In this document: piece by piece, positions 18,175-27,387 of the stretch
How positions within the stretch are numbered: position 1 is the first letter of the stretch
Layout: every line of letters starts with the position of its first letter
From: Microcystis aeruginosa NIES-2549
GTDB lineage: Bacteria; Cyanobacteriota; Cyanobacteriia; Cyanobacteriales; Microcystaceae
Direction: 5' to 3'
DNA: 32,000 nt
Assembly (NCBI RefSeq): GCF_000981785.2
Contig: NZ_CP011304.1
Span: 3,840,001-3,872,000, forward strand
The notes under the pieces: model-generated
Database searches by the model: none
Seen by the model: only the letters and a program-made list of their open reading frames with translations
What the model was told of the DNA's origin: nothing
Made by a program: the position numbers and the translations under genes

Positions 18175-18858
18175 ATGGCGAAAAAACCGAAAAATGTTGC
18201 GCGTAAACACCGGCATTGGCAAAGATGGTTAAAACTAACTCTGGTGGCAGTTTTTGGGTTTATTATCCTTAATTTAGCGACTAATTTAGCCATCTGCTGG
18301 TCAATTAATCAACAAAAACCCGTTGAGGCCATCTTAGTTTTGGGGGGCAGCATTCGTCGGGAAATTTATGTAGCCAATCTAGCCCAGCAATACCCCGATA
18401 TACCGATTTTAATTTCCCAAGGCTCGGAAGATCCCTGTATTTTATTACTATTTGAACGGGCAAAAGCACCAAAAACTAACGTCTGGTTAGAAAAGTGTGC
18501 TGATTCTACCTTCGGCAATTTTTTCTTTGCTGTGCCAATTTTAAAACAATGGGGAGTACATAAAGTAAAAGTTGTCACCTCTCCTACTCATTTACCCCGC
18601 GCTAAATGGTTAGCAGAAATTCACTTGCAATCCCACGGTATAGCAGTAGAAATAGATGCAGTCCGAGAAATTGGTATCCCGGGTAATAACGAATCAAAGC
18701 TAAAAACTGGGTTGGATGTGACTAGAAGTATAATTTGGGCTTTTGTCGGACAATTAATCTCTCCCCCCTGTTGGCAAGTCATCCCCTTAAATTCCGTTGA
18801 TTTAGAAGCTTGGCGCGATGAAGGTTTTAAATGTGAATATCAAGGTAAGATCAGGTAA
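18175..18858 (+). CDS. DUF218/YdcF(ElyC)-like membrane-anchored protein
   Basis: A basic N-terminus (MAKKPKNVARKHRHWQRW) is followed by a TM helix, then ILVLGGSIRREIYVA and VVTSPTHLPRA, typical of the YdcF-like fold. The ATG at 18175 is preferred over 18028, which lies inside a hairpin. Confidence 0.7.
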   Translation: MAKKPKNVARKHRHWQRWLKLTLVAVFGFIILNLATNLAICWSINQQKPVEAILVLGGSIRREIYVANLAQQYPDIPILISQGSEDPCILLLFERAKAPKTNVWLEKCADSTFGNFFFAVPILKQWGVHKVKVVTSPTHLPRAKWLAEIHLQSHGIAVEIDAVREIGIPGNNESKLKTGLDVTRSIIWAFVGQLISPPCWQVIPLNSVDLEAWRDEGFKCEYQGKIR

Positions 18859-18990
18859 ACAATCCTCTCCCAGTTAGTTTTTTAGCGGCTGTATCCCATT
18901 TTTGTAAATCTACTAACTTGGGGTTTTTAAAGGCAAACTCTCTCTTCCCACTTTCCTATACCTTTTAAACAGGATTGAGTATCAGAGGCC

Positions 18991-19635
18991 CTATCGGGTA
19001 TTTGCGATCGCATCTAGAGCCAAATTCAGTTTCAGCACGTTAACCCCCGGTTCGCCGAAGATGCCGAGAAAGCGATCATCGGTGTTTTTGGTAACGAGGA
19101 TCTCCACTTGATTCGTCGGTAATCCCCGCACCCGCGCCACCCGCTCGATCTGCGCTCTGGCGGCCTCTGGGGTGATATGGGGATCGAGACTCGATCCAGA
19201 GGTGTACACCAGATCCGCGGTGGGTTTAATTGCCGCTTTCTCTAATCGGGGAATCTCCCCCTCTACAGCTTTCGCTGGATCGGGATTGGGTTTTCCTTTA
19301 ATGCGATCGATCAATGCGGGGTTACTGGGAGCTAGGTTACTCGCACCCGAAATTCCGGTTTGCAGGACTTTGTTAGGATCGTTTTTCGGATCGGCCGTAC
19401 TGTAGGCGGTGGTACTCGGACGACTATTGAAATAGCGATCGCTGGTGAAAGGTTGCCCAATTAGAGCCGAACCCACCACTTGACCTTGATTATTAGTGAT
19501 CAAACTCCCGTTCGCTTGCCAGGGAAAAAGAATTTGACCGACGGCGATCATCGAGAAAGGATAGATCAGCGCGGTAATTACCCAGAGAACTAGGGTAGAA
19601 CGGATGGCTCTACCGGCATCGCGTGCAAAACTCAT
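18991..19635 (-). CDS. kdpC: K+-transporting P-type ATPase subunit C
   Basis: 214 aa. An N-terminal TM segment is followed by YPFSMIAVGQILFPWQANGSLI and SGSSLDPHITPEAA, which are KdpC hallmarks. Confidence 0.92.
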   Translation of the reverse strand: MSFARDAGRAIRSTLVLWVITALIYPFSMIAVGQILFPWQANGSLITNNQGQVVGSALIGQPFTSDRYFNSRPSTTAYSTADPKNDPNKVLQTGISGASNLAPSNPALIDRIKGKPNPDPAKAVEGEIPRLEKAAIKPTADLVYTSGSSLDPHITPEAARAQIERVARVRGLPTNQVEILVTKNTDDRFLGIFGEPGVNVLKLNLALDAIANTR

Positions 19636-19637
19636 AA

Positions 19638-19840
19638 TTAGGGTTTACTGAAAAAGTTTGTTGGTGGAGTTAGGAGTCAGGAGCCAGTAGTCAGGAGTCA
19701 GGAGAATTAGGAATAAACCACAATCAATGAAAGAGTCTATTTAGAGATTTTCTGGCTCTTCTAGGTTCTGTGTGATAAGTTTAACTTACAATATGATCGA
19801 TCGATCTTTGTGTCCTTTGTGTCTTTGTGGTTCGTTCCAC
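19638..19840. repeat. Composite repeat region: inverted R module (19638-19667), (GTCAGGA)n-like heptamers (about 19666-19705), L module (19769-19840)
   Basis: Shares modules with 14292-14405. The R module abuts the kdpC start codon. Confidence 0.75.
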
Positions 19841-19955
19841 CCCCTCGCTAGGGGCAATGTATCTTAGAATACATTTTACCCACCAAATCCAAGAGAGCCA
19901 TTTTCTGCTTTTTCCCATTTTTGAACTCTCAAAAATTAATTGTGCCAGAAATCTC

Positions 19956-20162
19956 TTAAAACCTCTCCGGGACAAAGATGACAAGGAATAGGTAGATAAA
20001 TAAAGCAAAGGCGACTAATCCTAAAAGGGTTAATGCGGAGGCTTGCCCCCTATTTATAGCACTTCCCGTAGAAGCTTGAACGATGGAGGAGAAAAGAATT
20101 GTTAGACAGAAATTTAAGAAAATATACCAGAAAAATCGGTATTTTCTAGGGGATGCTTTCAT
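19956..20162 (-). CDS. Small two-TM membrane protein with a KdpF-like C-terminal helix (kdpG position between kdpB and kdpC)
   Basis: The C-terminus LTLLGLVAFALFIYLFLVIFVPERF resembles the KdpF helix, which ends in PE(K/R)F. The gene lies inside the kdp gene string. Confidence 0.6.
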   Translation of the reverse strand: MKASPRKYRFFWYIFLNFCLTILFSSIVQASTGSAINRGQASALTLLGLVAFALFIYLFLVIFVPERF

Positions 20163-20240
20163 AAGAATTAGAGTTTTTTGGAGATTTGTTTTTGCCAGTC
20201 AATCAAGAAAATAGCTGTAGTTGTCAAAAATTATCAGACA

Positions 20241-20270
20241 CCCCCCTTATCAAGGGGGGATTAAGGGGGG
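20241..20270. repeat. G6/C6 hairpin repeat cccccc-ttatcaa-gggggg-attaa-gggggg
   Basis: Read directly. It sits between the methyltransferase stop and the kdpF-like gene. It looks like a small cyanobacterial repeat element. Confidence 0.5.
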
Positions 20271-20299
20271 ATCAAAGACAAAATCTATTTTCAATTTAA

Positions 20300-21523
20300 T
20301 TATAACCACTTACTTAGCTGTAGTTGTCGATAGGTTATCTTGTTTCCCTTTTTCAATTCATAGTTAAGAATACATTGGCCCACATATCTAGCCAAATTAA
20401 CAGGGACAGCATTGCCAATCATTTGTTCTAGATTAGATTTTGTTCCTGTAAAAATAAAGTCTTTAGGAAAAGTTTGAATATAGCTTCGCTCCCTCGTTGT
20501 TAGCGGTCTTAATTTTTCCTTGAGATGACAAGCATCACCGGGATGTTGTCGATAGGTTTTGGGAACTGGTCGATTTACTCCTCGAATAGTAGGGCTAGGT
20601 TCATAAATACTGAATATCGCCCTTCTTTGATAGCTTCTAGGATGTCTATAATAGTATTCTATATCTAATTCTTTGCCCATATAGTCAAATACAGTCAGAG
20701 GTTGACTTGATAAATTGTTATTGATTTCATCGATTAAAAAATCATCTTCTTCGTTCATTTTACCGATCAAAAAATATCTTTTTCTAGTTTGAGTAACTCC
20801 GCAGTAACAAGAATTAATAACTTTTCCAGTTAAACCATAACCATGTCTTTTAAAAACTTGTTTTGCCTGAGTGAGTATTTTACTTTTCTCAATTCTGTCC
20901 ACATTTTCCATAACAAACCATTGGGGACTTACTCCAGTTACAATTTCAGCGAATGTGAGCGTTAGATTCGCTCGTCCTAAACCCTCGTCTCTCTTACCCG
21001 CACTGGAAAAGTCTTGACAAGGAGGGCTGCCGACAATAATCTCAGGATTATATTGAGCCAATATTTCTTGATTAGATTCTCTAGATAAATCGACATTAAA
21101 TATCGGATGACTAAAGTTATTTCTATAGACATCTATAGCAGGTATCCAATTATCAAATGCGGCCACAATAGTAAACCCTGCTTTCTGAAAACCTAAAGAT
21201 AAACCACCACAACCAGCGAATAAATCGATTGTGATCATTTTGCTCCCTCCCCTAAATTGACTCTCGAAAGCATAAAATAAATTATCGGAATTGGGAGCTA
21301 GACCGTATAACTCTTTTGTACTTAACTCAGCAGGTTGAACTTTTAAATTTTCATCGAGTTTCAGATATATATTTTTCATTCCTTTCCCATCCAAGTAAGC
21401 GCACAAAGAAGCTGGAAATGAGGAGTTAAATTGATTTTTAACCCATGTTTCTTTTTGGGTAAAATCCCGATTCGAGTGCTTCAATCCGAATAAACTAGGC
21501 TTAAATATTGCCGATTTTCCCAT
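20300..21523 (-). CDS. DNA (cytosine-5) methyltransferase with a ~95-aa non-MTase N-terminal extension
   Basis: Motif I is IDLFAGCGGLSLGF, motif IV GSPPCQDFS, motif VI MENV, motif VIII QTRKRYFLIG, motif IX RPLTTRERSYIQTFPKDF and motif X GNAVPVNLARYVG. An alternative start is the ATG at 21238, preceded by GGAGGGAG. Confidence 0.92.
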   Translation of the reverse strand: MGKSAIFKPSLFGLKHSNRDFTQKETWVKNQFNSSFPASLCAYLDGKGMKNIYLKLDENLKVQPAELSTKELYGLAPNSDNLFYAFESQFRGGSKMITIDLFAGCGGLSLGFQKAGFTIVAAFDNWIPAIDVYRNNFSHPIFNVDLSRESNQEILAQYNPEIIVGSPPCQDFSSAGKRDEGLGRANLTLTFAEIVTGVSPQWFVMENVDRIEKSKILTQAKQVFKRHGYGLTGKVINSCYCGVTQTRKRYFLIGKMNEEDDFLIDEINNNLSSQPLTVFDYMGKELDIEYYYRHPRSYQRRAIFSIYEPSPTIRGVNRPVPKTYRQHPGDACHLKEKLRPLTTRERSYIQTFPKDFIFTGTKSNLEQMIGNAVPVNLARYVGQCILNYELKKGNKITYRQLQLSKWL

Positions 21524-23682
21524 TACCTCAACCCGATCGCTGAAATTATCTCATCAATAATCTTAATAGCAATAAACGGCGCAATCATGCCTCCCACGCC
21601 GTAGATGAGGATATTGCGCCGCAATAGTTGGTCAGCAGTGAGCGGGCGAAATTGAACGCCTTTAAGTGCTAGGGGAATCAAAACGGGGATAATCAGGGCA
21701 TTGTAGATCAGGGCCGAGACGATCGCCGATTGAGCGCTTTTCAAACCCATGATATTTAAAGCACCGATCCCGGCAGCGGCGAAAATCGTCGGGATAATGG
21801 CGAAATACTTAGCGATATCGTTAGCTACCGAAAACGTGGTCAGGGCGCCGCGGGTAATTAATAACTGTTTGCCGATGGTCACTAAATCGATCAGCTTGGT
21901 CGGGTCGGAATCGAGGTCCACCATATTGGCAGCCTCCTTCGCCGCTTGGGTTCCGGAGTTCATTGCCACACCGACATTAGCCTGGGCCAGTGCCGGTGCG
22001 TCGTTGGTTCCGTCTCCCGTCATGGCAACTAACTTGCCCTTGGCTTGCTCGCGACGGATCACCTCGATCTTATCTTCCGGGGTGGCCTCGGCGATAAAAT
22101 CATCCACCCCCGCCTCCGCCGCGATCACCGCCGCCGTGATCTGGTTGTCGCCAGTGAGCATGATCGTTCTCACACCCATGCGCCGTAATTGGTCAAAACG
22201 CTCTTTTAATCCAGGTTTCACGATGTCTTTGAGATAAATAACCCCGTAGATATCGTTACCCCGACAGACGGCCAGGGGAGTCCCCCCCAAACGGGAAACC
22301 CTTTCCTGTGCCTGATCGAGGCTGGCGGGAACGGAACCCCCCCTAGAACGGACGAAACCTTTAATCGCTTCTACGGCCCCCTTGCGGTATTCCTCACCGT
22401 CCCTATCGGTGCCGCTCATGCGGGTACGAGCCGAGAATGGGACTCCCTCGCCGGGTTGACCATCGATATCGAGGTTTGCGCCCAAATTCCGGGCTAAGGC
22501 AACGATCGAGCGTCCTTCCGGGGTTTCGTCGAAAAGGCTGGCCGCTAGACAGACGCGGGCTAATTCCTCGAGGTTATGACCGTTGGCCGGGATAAATTCA
22601 TCAGCCAGCCGGTTGCCGAGGGTGATTGTTCCCGTTTTGTCGAGAAGGAGGGTATTTACGTCACCGCAGGCTTCCACCGCACGCCCAGAGGTGGCGATGA
22701 CGTTAAACTGAGCCACGCGATCCATGCCGGCGATACCGATCGCGCTCAATAAACCGCCGATCGTCGTGGGAATGAGGGCCACGAGAAGCGAGATCAAGAT
22801 GGCGATACTGGAACCGGCCCGAAAAGTATCCGCGACCGCCGGACCGAGGCTCGTTTCCAGGAAACCGGCGATATAGTTCCCGATCGAGGGAATCGTGGCC
22901 ACGACAATTAAAAAGACTTGGGTTAACACGGCCAGAAGTACCGTCAGCGCGATCTCGTTGGGGGTTTTCCTGCGCTCGGCCCCTTCCACAAGGGAGATCA
23001 TGCGATCGATAAAACCCCGGCCGGGATCTTGAGTGATCCGCACTGTCAACTCGTCCGAGAGAAGCCGCGTACCACCGGTGACGGAACTGGCGATGTCAGT
23101 GCCGGGTTGTTTGAGGACGGAGGCCGATTCTCCAGTGATCGCCGATTCATCCACCGAACCGATTCCCTCGATCACTTCCCCGTCGGCGGGAATCACGTCC
23201 CCGGCCACCAGTTTCACCCGATCGCCCCGATGCAAGGCCGTGGAACTGACCGACTCGATCGATCCGTCGGCCAGGATTTTTCTGGCGATCGTGTCGCTGC
23301 GGGTCGATCGCAGGGCATCGGCCTGGGCTTTTCCCCGTCCCTCGGCGATCGCCTCGGCGAAGTTGGCGAACAGCACCGTGAAGAAGAGTATGAGGGTGAT
23401 GATGCCGTTAAGTAGCCGTTGTTGTCCCCTATCACCGGCGATCGTGCCGAATAGATGCGGGTCGATCGTCACCAGGGCCGTGACGATTGTTCCCAACCAG
23501 ACCACGAATAGGACCGGGTTACGCACGGCGATGCGCGGGTCGAGTTTGAGGAAGGACTGCCGGATCGCGCTTTGATAGAGACCGGTCCGGTTGACCTTGG
23601 GGGTGTGGTGGCGGTCGTCCCGGCGACCTCTCGGCACTCGCAACGGGCGGGGGGACTTAGAATTTCCTTTGTTCGTTCTCAT
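21523..23682 (-). CDS. kdpB: K+-transporting P-type ATPase subunit B
   Basis: 719 aa. It has the DKTGTIT phosphorylation site, [21 protein letters not shown] and an N-terminal [11 protein letters not shown] motif. Confidence 0.97.
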   Translation of the reverse strand: MRTNKGNSKSPRPLRVPRGRRDDRHHTPKVNRTGLYQSAIRQSFLKLDPRIAVRNPVLFVVWLGTIVTALVTIDPHLFGTIAGDRGQQRLLNGIITLILFFTVLFANFAEAIAEGRGKAQADALRSTRSDTIARKILADGSIESVSSTALHRGDRVKLVAGDVIPADGEVIEGIGSVDESAITGESASVLKQPGTDIASSVTGGTRLLSDELTVRITQDPGRGFIDRMISLVEGAERRKTPNEIALTVLLAVLTQVFLIVVATIPSIGNYIAGFLETSLGPAVADTFRAGSSIAILISLLVALIPTTIGGLLSAIGIAGMDRVAQFNVIATSGRAVEACGDVNTLLLDKTGTITLGNRLADEFIPANGHNLEELARVCLAASLFDETPEGRSIVALARNLGANLDIDGQPGEGVPFSARTRMSGTDRDGEEYRKGAVEAIKGFVRSRGGSVPASLDQAQERVSRLGGTPLAVCRGNDIYGVIYLKDIVKPGLKERFDQLRRMGVRTIMLTGDNQITAAVIAAEAGVDDFIAEATPEDKIEVIRREQAKGKLVAMTGDGTNDAPALAQANVGVAMNSGTQAAKEAANMVDLDSDPTKLIDLVTIGKQLLITRGALTTFSVANDIAKYFAIIPTIFAAAGIGALNIMGLKSAQSAIVSALIYNALIIPVLIPLALKGVQFRPLTADQLLRRNILIYGVGGMIAPFIAIKIIDEIISAIGLR

Positions 23683-23697
23683 AAATTATCTAAACTC

Positions 23698-25443
23698 CTA
23701 GCCGATCATCCTGGTGATTTGAAAGGCTTCCGCGATCGGCCCGAGGGCTAATATCGGCAAGAAAGTGAGCGCACCGAGAATTAAAATCACCCCCGCCGTT
23801 ACGCCAGTAAAGAGTCCGGTATCGGTGCGGAGGGTTCCGGTGGTGGCGGGAACCGGTTGTTTGCGGGACATCCCATCGGCTAACAAGAGCAGGGCCGCGA
23901 TCGGGATATACCGTCCGGCCAGTAAACTAAAGGAGGCGCTCAGATTCCACCAGAGAGCGGTCATCGTCGGTTTCGCCCCAGATGCGATCGCAAGCGGTGC
24001 GGGTTGGGAGTCCCCCAGTCCCTCGAATCCCGACCCGTTATTGGCGGCGGCGGAAGCGTACTCGTAGATAACTTGAGATAATCCGTGAAAGCCGGGGTTA
24101 CTGATGCCCCGAAAGTCGGGAAAGGCAAGGGCGATCGCTCCGGGGATGAGGATGGCGATCGGGTGAACCAGCAGAATTAAAAAACTCGCTAACACCACTT
24201 CCCGCTTCTCGATTTTGCGCCCGAACAATTCGGGGGTTCTTCCCACCATTAGCCCGGTGACGAATACCGCCAGGATCAGATAGGCGAACAGGTAGGCGGT
24301 GCCGGTTCCCTGGCCGCCGAAGACGATTTGCAGGAACAGATTCGAGAGGGTGGCGAAGCCGCCGTTCGGCATCAAGGAATCGTGCATAGCGATCACCGCA
24401 CCGCACATGGTGGCCGTGGTAGTCACTGCGTACAGGGCTGATTGCGCCCAACCGAAGCGCACTTCTTTCCCCTCGAAGTTAACCGCTCGATCGACCCCTA
24501 GCAGGGAGTTAACCGCCGGGTTGCCGTTATATTCTCCGATCGCTGTGATGATCGTAAAGCCGATGAAGATACCGAGGGGAATTAGATAGATTAATCGAGC
24601 CTGCTTGAGATTATCGGCGAAAACCCCGTAGGTATAGATCAGGGAGGTGGGAATCGAGAGAATAGCAACTAATTGCACCAGATTGACGAATCCGTTCGGG
24701 TTTTCCAAGGGGTGGGCCGAGTTGCTGGCAAAAAAGCCGCCGCCGTTTTCTCCCAATTCCTTAATAATCTCAAAGTGGGCCACTGGACCGCGGGCGATCG
24801 CCTGACTGAGGTTGGGGTTTTCTAGCGTCGGCAAGATCGCCGGGCCCGCGAGGGTTTCCGGGACTCCAGCGATGATCAGGGCAATTGCCCCCACGATCGA
24901 GATCGGTAAGAGGATACGGGTGATCGCTCGGATCAGATCCACATAAAAATTGCCCAACGGTCGCCCCGTCAGTCCCCGAATAAAGGCGATCCCCACCGCT
25001 AGACCGGTTCCGGCCGAGGTGAACATCTGGTAGCCGAGACCCCAGATCTGACTCGCGTAGCTGAGGGTGGTTTCCCCGGAATAATGCTGTTGGTCGCTGT
25101 TGGTGATAAAGGAAATCGTTGTATGTAGCGTGGTGTCCCAAGTGGGGGCGGGGATCCCCGTCGGGTTGAGGGGAAGGACTCCTTGGCCCGCAATCAGGGA
25201 AAAAACCAGAATTGCTATTACCGCGTTACTGTAGAGAACGGCGCGGAGGTACTGCCAGCCAGTCATATTCTCTTTCCCTTTCACCCCGACGAAGCTGTAA
25301 AGAAGACTCTCGGCTCGATCGCACAGTGGGTCGAGCAGGGTTCTCTGTTCCATGAAAACCCTCGCCATATACCGCCCGAAAAAGGGGGTGATTGCCACGA
25401 TTATCAGGATCGTGAGCGCGATTTGAATCCATCCTTGCAACAT
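23698..25443 (-). CDS. kdpA: K+-transporting ATPase subunit A (channel-like subunit)
   Basis: 581 aa, polytopic. The N-terminus [30 protein letters not shown] and the overall pattern match KdpA. Confidence 0.97.
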   Translation of the reverse strand: MLQGWIQIALTILIIVAITPFFGRYMARVFMEQRTLLDPLCDRAESLLYSFVGVKGKENMTGWQYLRAVLYSNAVIAILVFSLIAGQGVLPLNPTGIPAPTWDTTLHTTISFITNSDQQHYSGETTLSYASQIWGLGYQMFTSAGTGLAVGIAFIRGLTGRPLGNFYVDLIRAITRILLPISIVGAIALIIAGVPETLAGPAILPTLENPNLSQAIARGPVAHFEIIKELGENGGGFFASNSAHPLENPNGFVNLVQLVAILSIPTSLIYTYGVFADNLKQARLIYLIPLGIFIGFTIITAIGEYNGNPAVNSLLGVDRAVNFEGKEVRFGWAQSALYAVTTTATMCGAVIAMHDSLMPNGGFATLSNLFLQIVFGGQGTGTAYLFAYLILAVFVTGLMVGRTPELFGRKIEKREVVLASFLILLVHPIAILIPGAIALAFPDFRGISNPGFHGLSQVIYEYASAAANNGSGFEGLGDSQPAPLAIASGAKPTMTALWWNLSASFSLLAGRYIPIAALLLLADGMSRKQPVPATTGTLRTDTGLFTGVTAGVILILGALTFLPILALGPIAEAFQITRMIG

Positions 25444-25595
25444 GGTTCGATCAACTCCGAAAAAGACCAGTGGTCATTGAGCTTGTGGAAATGTGGCCGA
25501 TCATGGACGGTGAGCTTGTCGAATCCGTCGATGATCGACCTGAAAAATCACGGGTTCGCTGTCTCGAAACCACTTGAGAAAACCAAGTTTGTCTA

Positions 25596-25612
25596 ATCAT
25601 TAGCGATCATTA
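25596..25612. promoter_or_regulatory. Direct repeat ATCATTA-gcg-ATCATTA (10-bp period) about 155-170 nt upstream of the kdpA ATG
   Basis: Read directly. The geometry resembles OmpR/KdpE-type direct-repeat sites, but no consensus match is claimed. Confidence 0.2.
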
Positions 25613-25616
25613 ACAA

Positions 25617-25859
25617 GTGGATGATCGAGGGATTATTATCGCCTCTGCTGGGATGATTATAGCGATTTCTTGCGCTTTGACAATCTATATTTTTTCTGTT
25701 CTTTATCCTGTCAGCTTTTACGCACTTATGCAGAAATACGGACAATCAGCCATTATCGGTGACTCTTGGGCTTTTAGGTCAGCAGTGGCTGAACAAACAG
25801 GAATAATTATCCAAACGCCATCGCAATTTATGCCTTTATTTAGAAAACGGGTTTCTTGA
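25617..25859 (+). CDS. Doubtful 80-aa hydrophobic ORF
   Basis: It has a GTG start, no clear RBS and no recognised domain, and it ends inside a palindrome. It may be non-coding. Confidence 0.25.
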   Translation: MDDRGIIIASAGMIIAISCALTIYIFSVLYPVSFYALMQKYGQSAIIGDSWAFRSAVAEQTGIIIQTPSQFMPLFRKRVS

Positions 25860-25874
25860 AGAAACCCGTTTTCT
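25842..25874. terminator. Perfect 16-bp palindrome agaaaacgggtttctt-g-aagaaacccgttttct, a possible bidirectional terminator
   Basis: Read directly. Both arms contain T or A runs. Confidence 0.5.
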
Positions 25875-26055
25875 GTATATGGTAGTCTTGAAAAATTCGG
25901 GATTGTTCGCACAAAATAATTGGAACAATGGTCTCAATAATTTTCTCTATTAAGTGAACCAAACAGAGGAAAAATGTTCAGAACTAAGCTGTTAATAATT
26001 TAAATCGGCGGGCAGCTTACTAAACGTTTTTTCTCCCCCGATGGCTTTTTTGAGT

Positions 26056-26146
26056 CAGTCCCGATGAAAAAATTTTCACCCCCACAGATGAAAGAGGTTT
26101 CTTTCCCTACACCCCACACCCCACACCCCACACCCTACACCCTCTT
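26056..26146 (+). repeat. Copy B of the ~90-nt dispersed element with (CCCCACA)n, intergenic
   Basis: Near-identical to 16541-16625. Confidence 0.9.
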
Positions 26147-26244
26147 TCCAGTCAGAGGGGGTAAGGATTGATGATATTCAATCCCCCCGGCTACGATCGA
26201 ATTATCTTAATCTGTAAGGGGAAGTTGCCAAAAAGGAGACAATT

Positions 26245-27360
26245 GTGCGACGGGGAAGACATAAAATTTTTATCGGTATGGCCCCGGGGGTCGGGAAAAC
26301 TTACAAGATGCTCGAGGAGGGGCATAGCCTCAGAAAGCAGGGAACCGACGTGGTGATTGGACTGCTTGAAACCCACGGACGGAAAGAGACCGCCGAAAAA
26401 GCCGAGGGATTGGAAATCCTACCGAGAAAAATCCTAGAAAAAGAGGGATTCACTCTCTCGGAAATGGATACGGAAGCGATTATCGCCCGCTCACCGCAGC
26501 TGTGTCTCATCGATGAATTGGCCCACACCAATGCACCCGGTTCGGAGCGAGAGAAACGTTTTCAGGACGTGGAGATAATTTTATCCCGGGGAATCGATGT
26601 TTACTCGACCGTGAATATCCAGCATATCGAGAGTTTAAACGATCTGGTTGCCCGAATCACTGGGGTGGTGGTGCGAGAGCGAATACCCGATCGAATTTTG
26701 GAGGAAGCTGATGAAGTGATTGTGGTAGATGTTACCGCCGAAACCCTAGAGGAAAGATTATTAGCGGGAAAAATCTACGCTCCCGAAAAGATCGAACAAT
26801 CTTTAAATAATTTCTTTCAACGGCGCAATTTAATCGCCCTCCGGGAACTCGCCCTGCGGGAAGTGGCCGATACAGTAGAAGAAGAAGCGAGTAATTCGAC
26901 ATTTATCGGTCAATCCTGTCCCATTCACGAACGAGTATTAGTCTGTATTTCCACCTATCCCAACTCTTTACGATTATTACGTCGGGGAGCGCGGATAGCG
27001 GGGTATATGAACGCGGAATTTTTCGTGATTTTCGTCGATAAACCCGATCGCTTTCTCACCAAAGAGGAGGCTTTACATATCGAAACCTGCGAACGTTTAT
27101 GTCGGGAATTCGAGGGGAAATTCTTAAGGATTAAAAGCTATCAGGTGGCCGCAGCGATCGCGGAAGTGGCCGAACGGGAACGGATCACCCAGATTGTGAT
27201 CGGGGAGAGCCTTCAATCGCGCTGGAAGCATTTAATCAAAGGTTCTTTCACCCAAAAACTCATGCGCCTGATCTGGCAGAAAAATATCGATCTTCACATC
27301 ATCGCCACCGATCCAAAAGTATCAATTAAAGACGCGCAAGCCAAGGGGATGAAAAGGTGA
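26245..27360 (+). CDS. kdpD: Short KdpD: KdpD N-terminal sensor domain plus USP-like domain, with no TM or histidine kinase part
   Basis: The GTG start is preceded by AAGGAG. KIFIGMAPGVGKTYKMLEEGHSLRKQG and VIGLLETHGRKET match the KdpD N-terminal domain. 371 aa, like the truncated cyanobacterial KdpD. Confidence 0.9.
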   Translation: MRRGRHKIFIGMAPGVGKTYKMLEEGHSLRKQGTDVVIGLLETHGRKETAEKAEGLEILPRKILEKEGFTLSEMDTEAIIARSPQLCLIDELAHTNAPGSEREKRFQDVEIILSRGIDVYSTVNIQHIESLNDLVARITGVVVRERIPDRILEEADEVIVVDVTAETLEERLLAGKIYAPEKIEQSLNNFFQRRNLIALRELALREVADTVEEEASNSTFIGQSCPIHERVLVCISTYPNSLRLLRRGARIAGYMNAEFFVIFVDKPDRFLTKEEALHIETCERLCREFEGKFLRIKSYQVAAAIAEVAERERITQIVIGESLQSRWKHLIKGSFTQKLMRLIWQKNIDLHIIATDPKVSIKDAQAKGMKR

Positions 27361-27387
27361 CTACCGCTCCGCTATTTACCAACGAAG

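Noticed and set aside
19781-20008. 75-aa minus-strand ORF spanning the dispersed repeat L module.
   Set aside because: The reading frame is created by the repeat (the KTQRTQRS part comes from ctttgtgtc units) and overlaps the kdpF-like gene end. The same repeat is non-coding at 14292-14364.
20212-20328. Interpreting the 14-nt direct repeats as target-site duplications of the whole methyltransferase cassette.
   Set aside because: Both copies lie at the same (3') end of the MTase gene. They cannot flank the 1.2-kb insertion and can only bracket the 89-nt segment.
21749-25596. Many 60-180-aa ORFs antisense to or out of frame with kdpB and kdpA (for example 21749..22237, 23029..23415, 23033..23575, 23765..24067, 24098..24451, 24299..24589, 24770..25141, 25183..25596).
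   Set aside because: They lie wholly inside strongly supported kdpA and kdpB frames. Their Arg/Pro/Gly/Ser-rich composition is typical of shadow ORFs in GC-rich DNA, and they have no motifs or RBS.
25444-25620. c-di-AMP (ydaO-type) riboswitch or kdpF minigene in the kdpA leader.
   Set aside because: I could not find the conserved G-rich cores of the ydaO motif. The only small ORFs (for example MTTGLFRS) are not KdpF-like.
26168-26376. Two short ORFs (26168..26356 plus strand, 26191..26376 minus strand) overlapping the kdpD start.
   Set aside because: They overlap the well-supported kdpD frame, which has a good AAGGAG-GTG start. No motifs.
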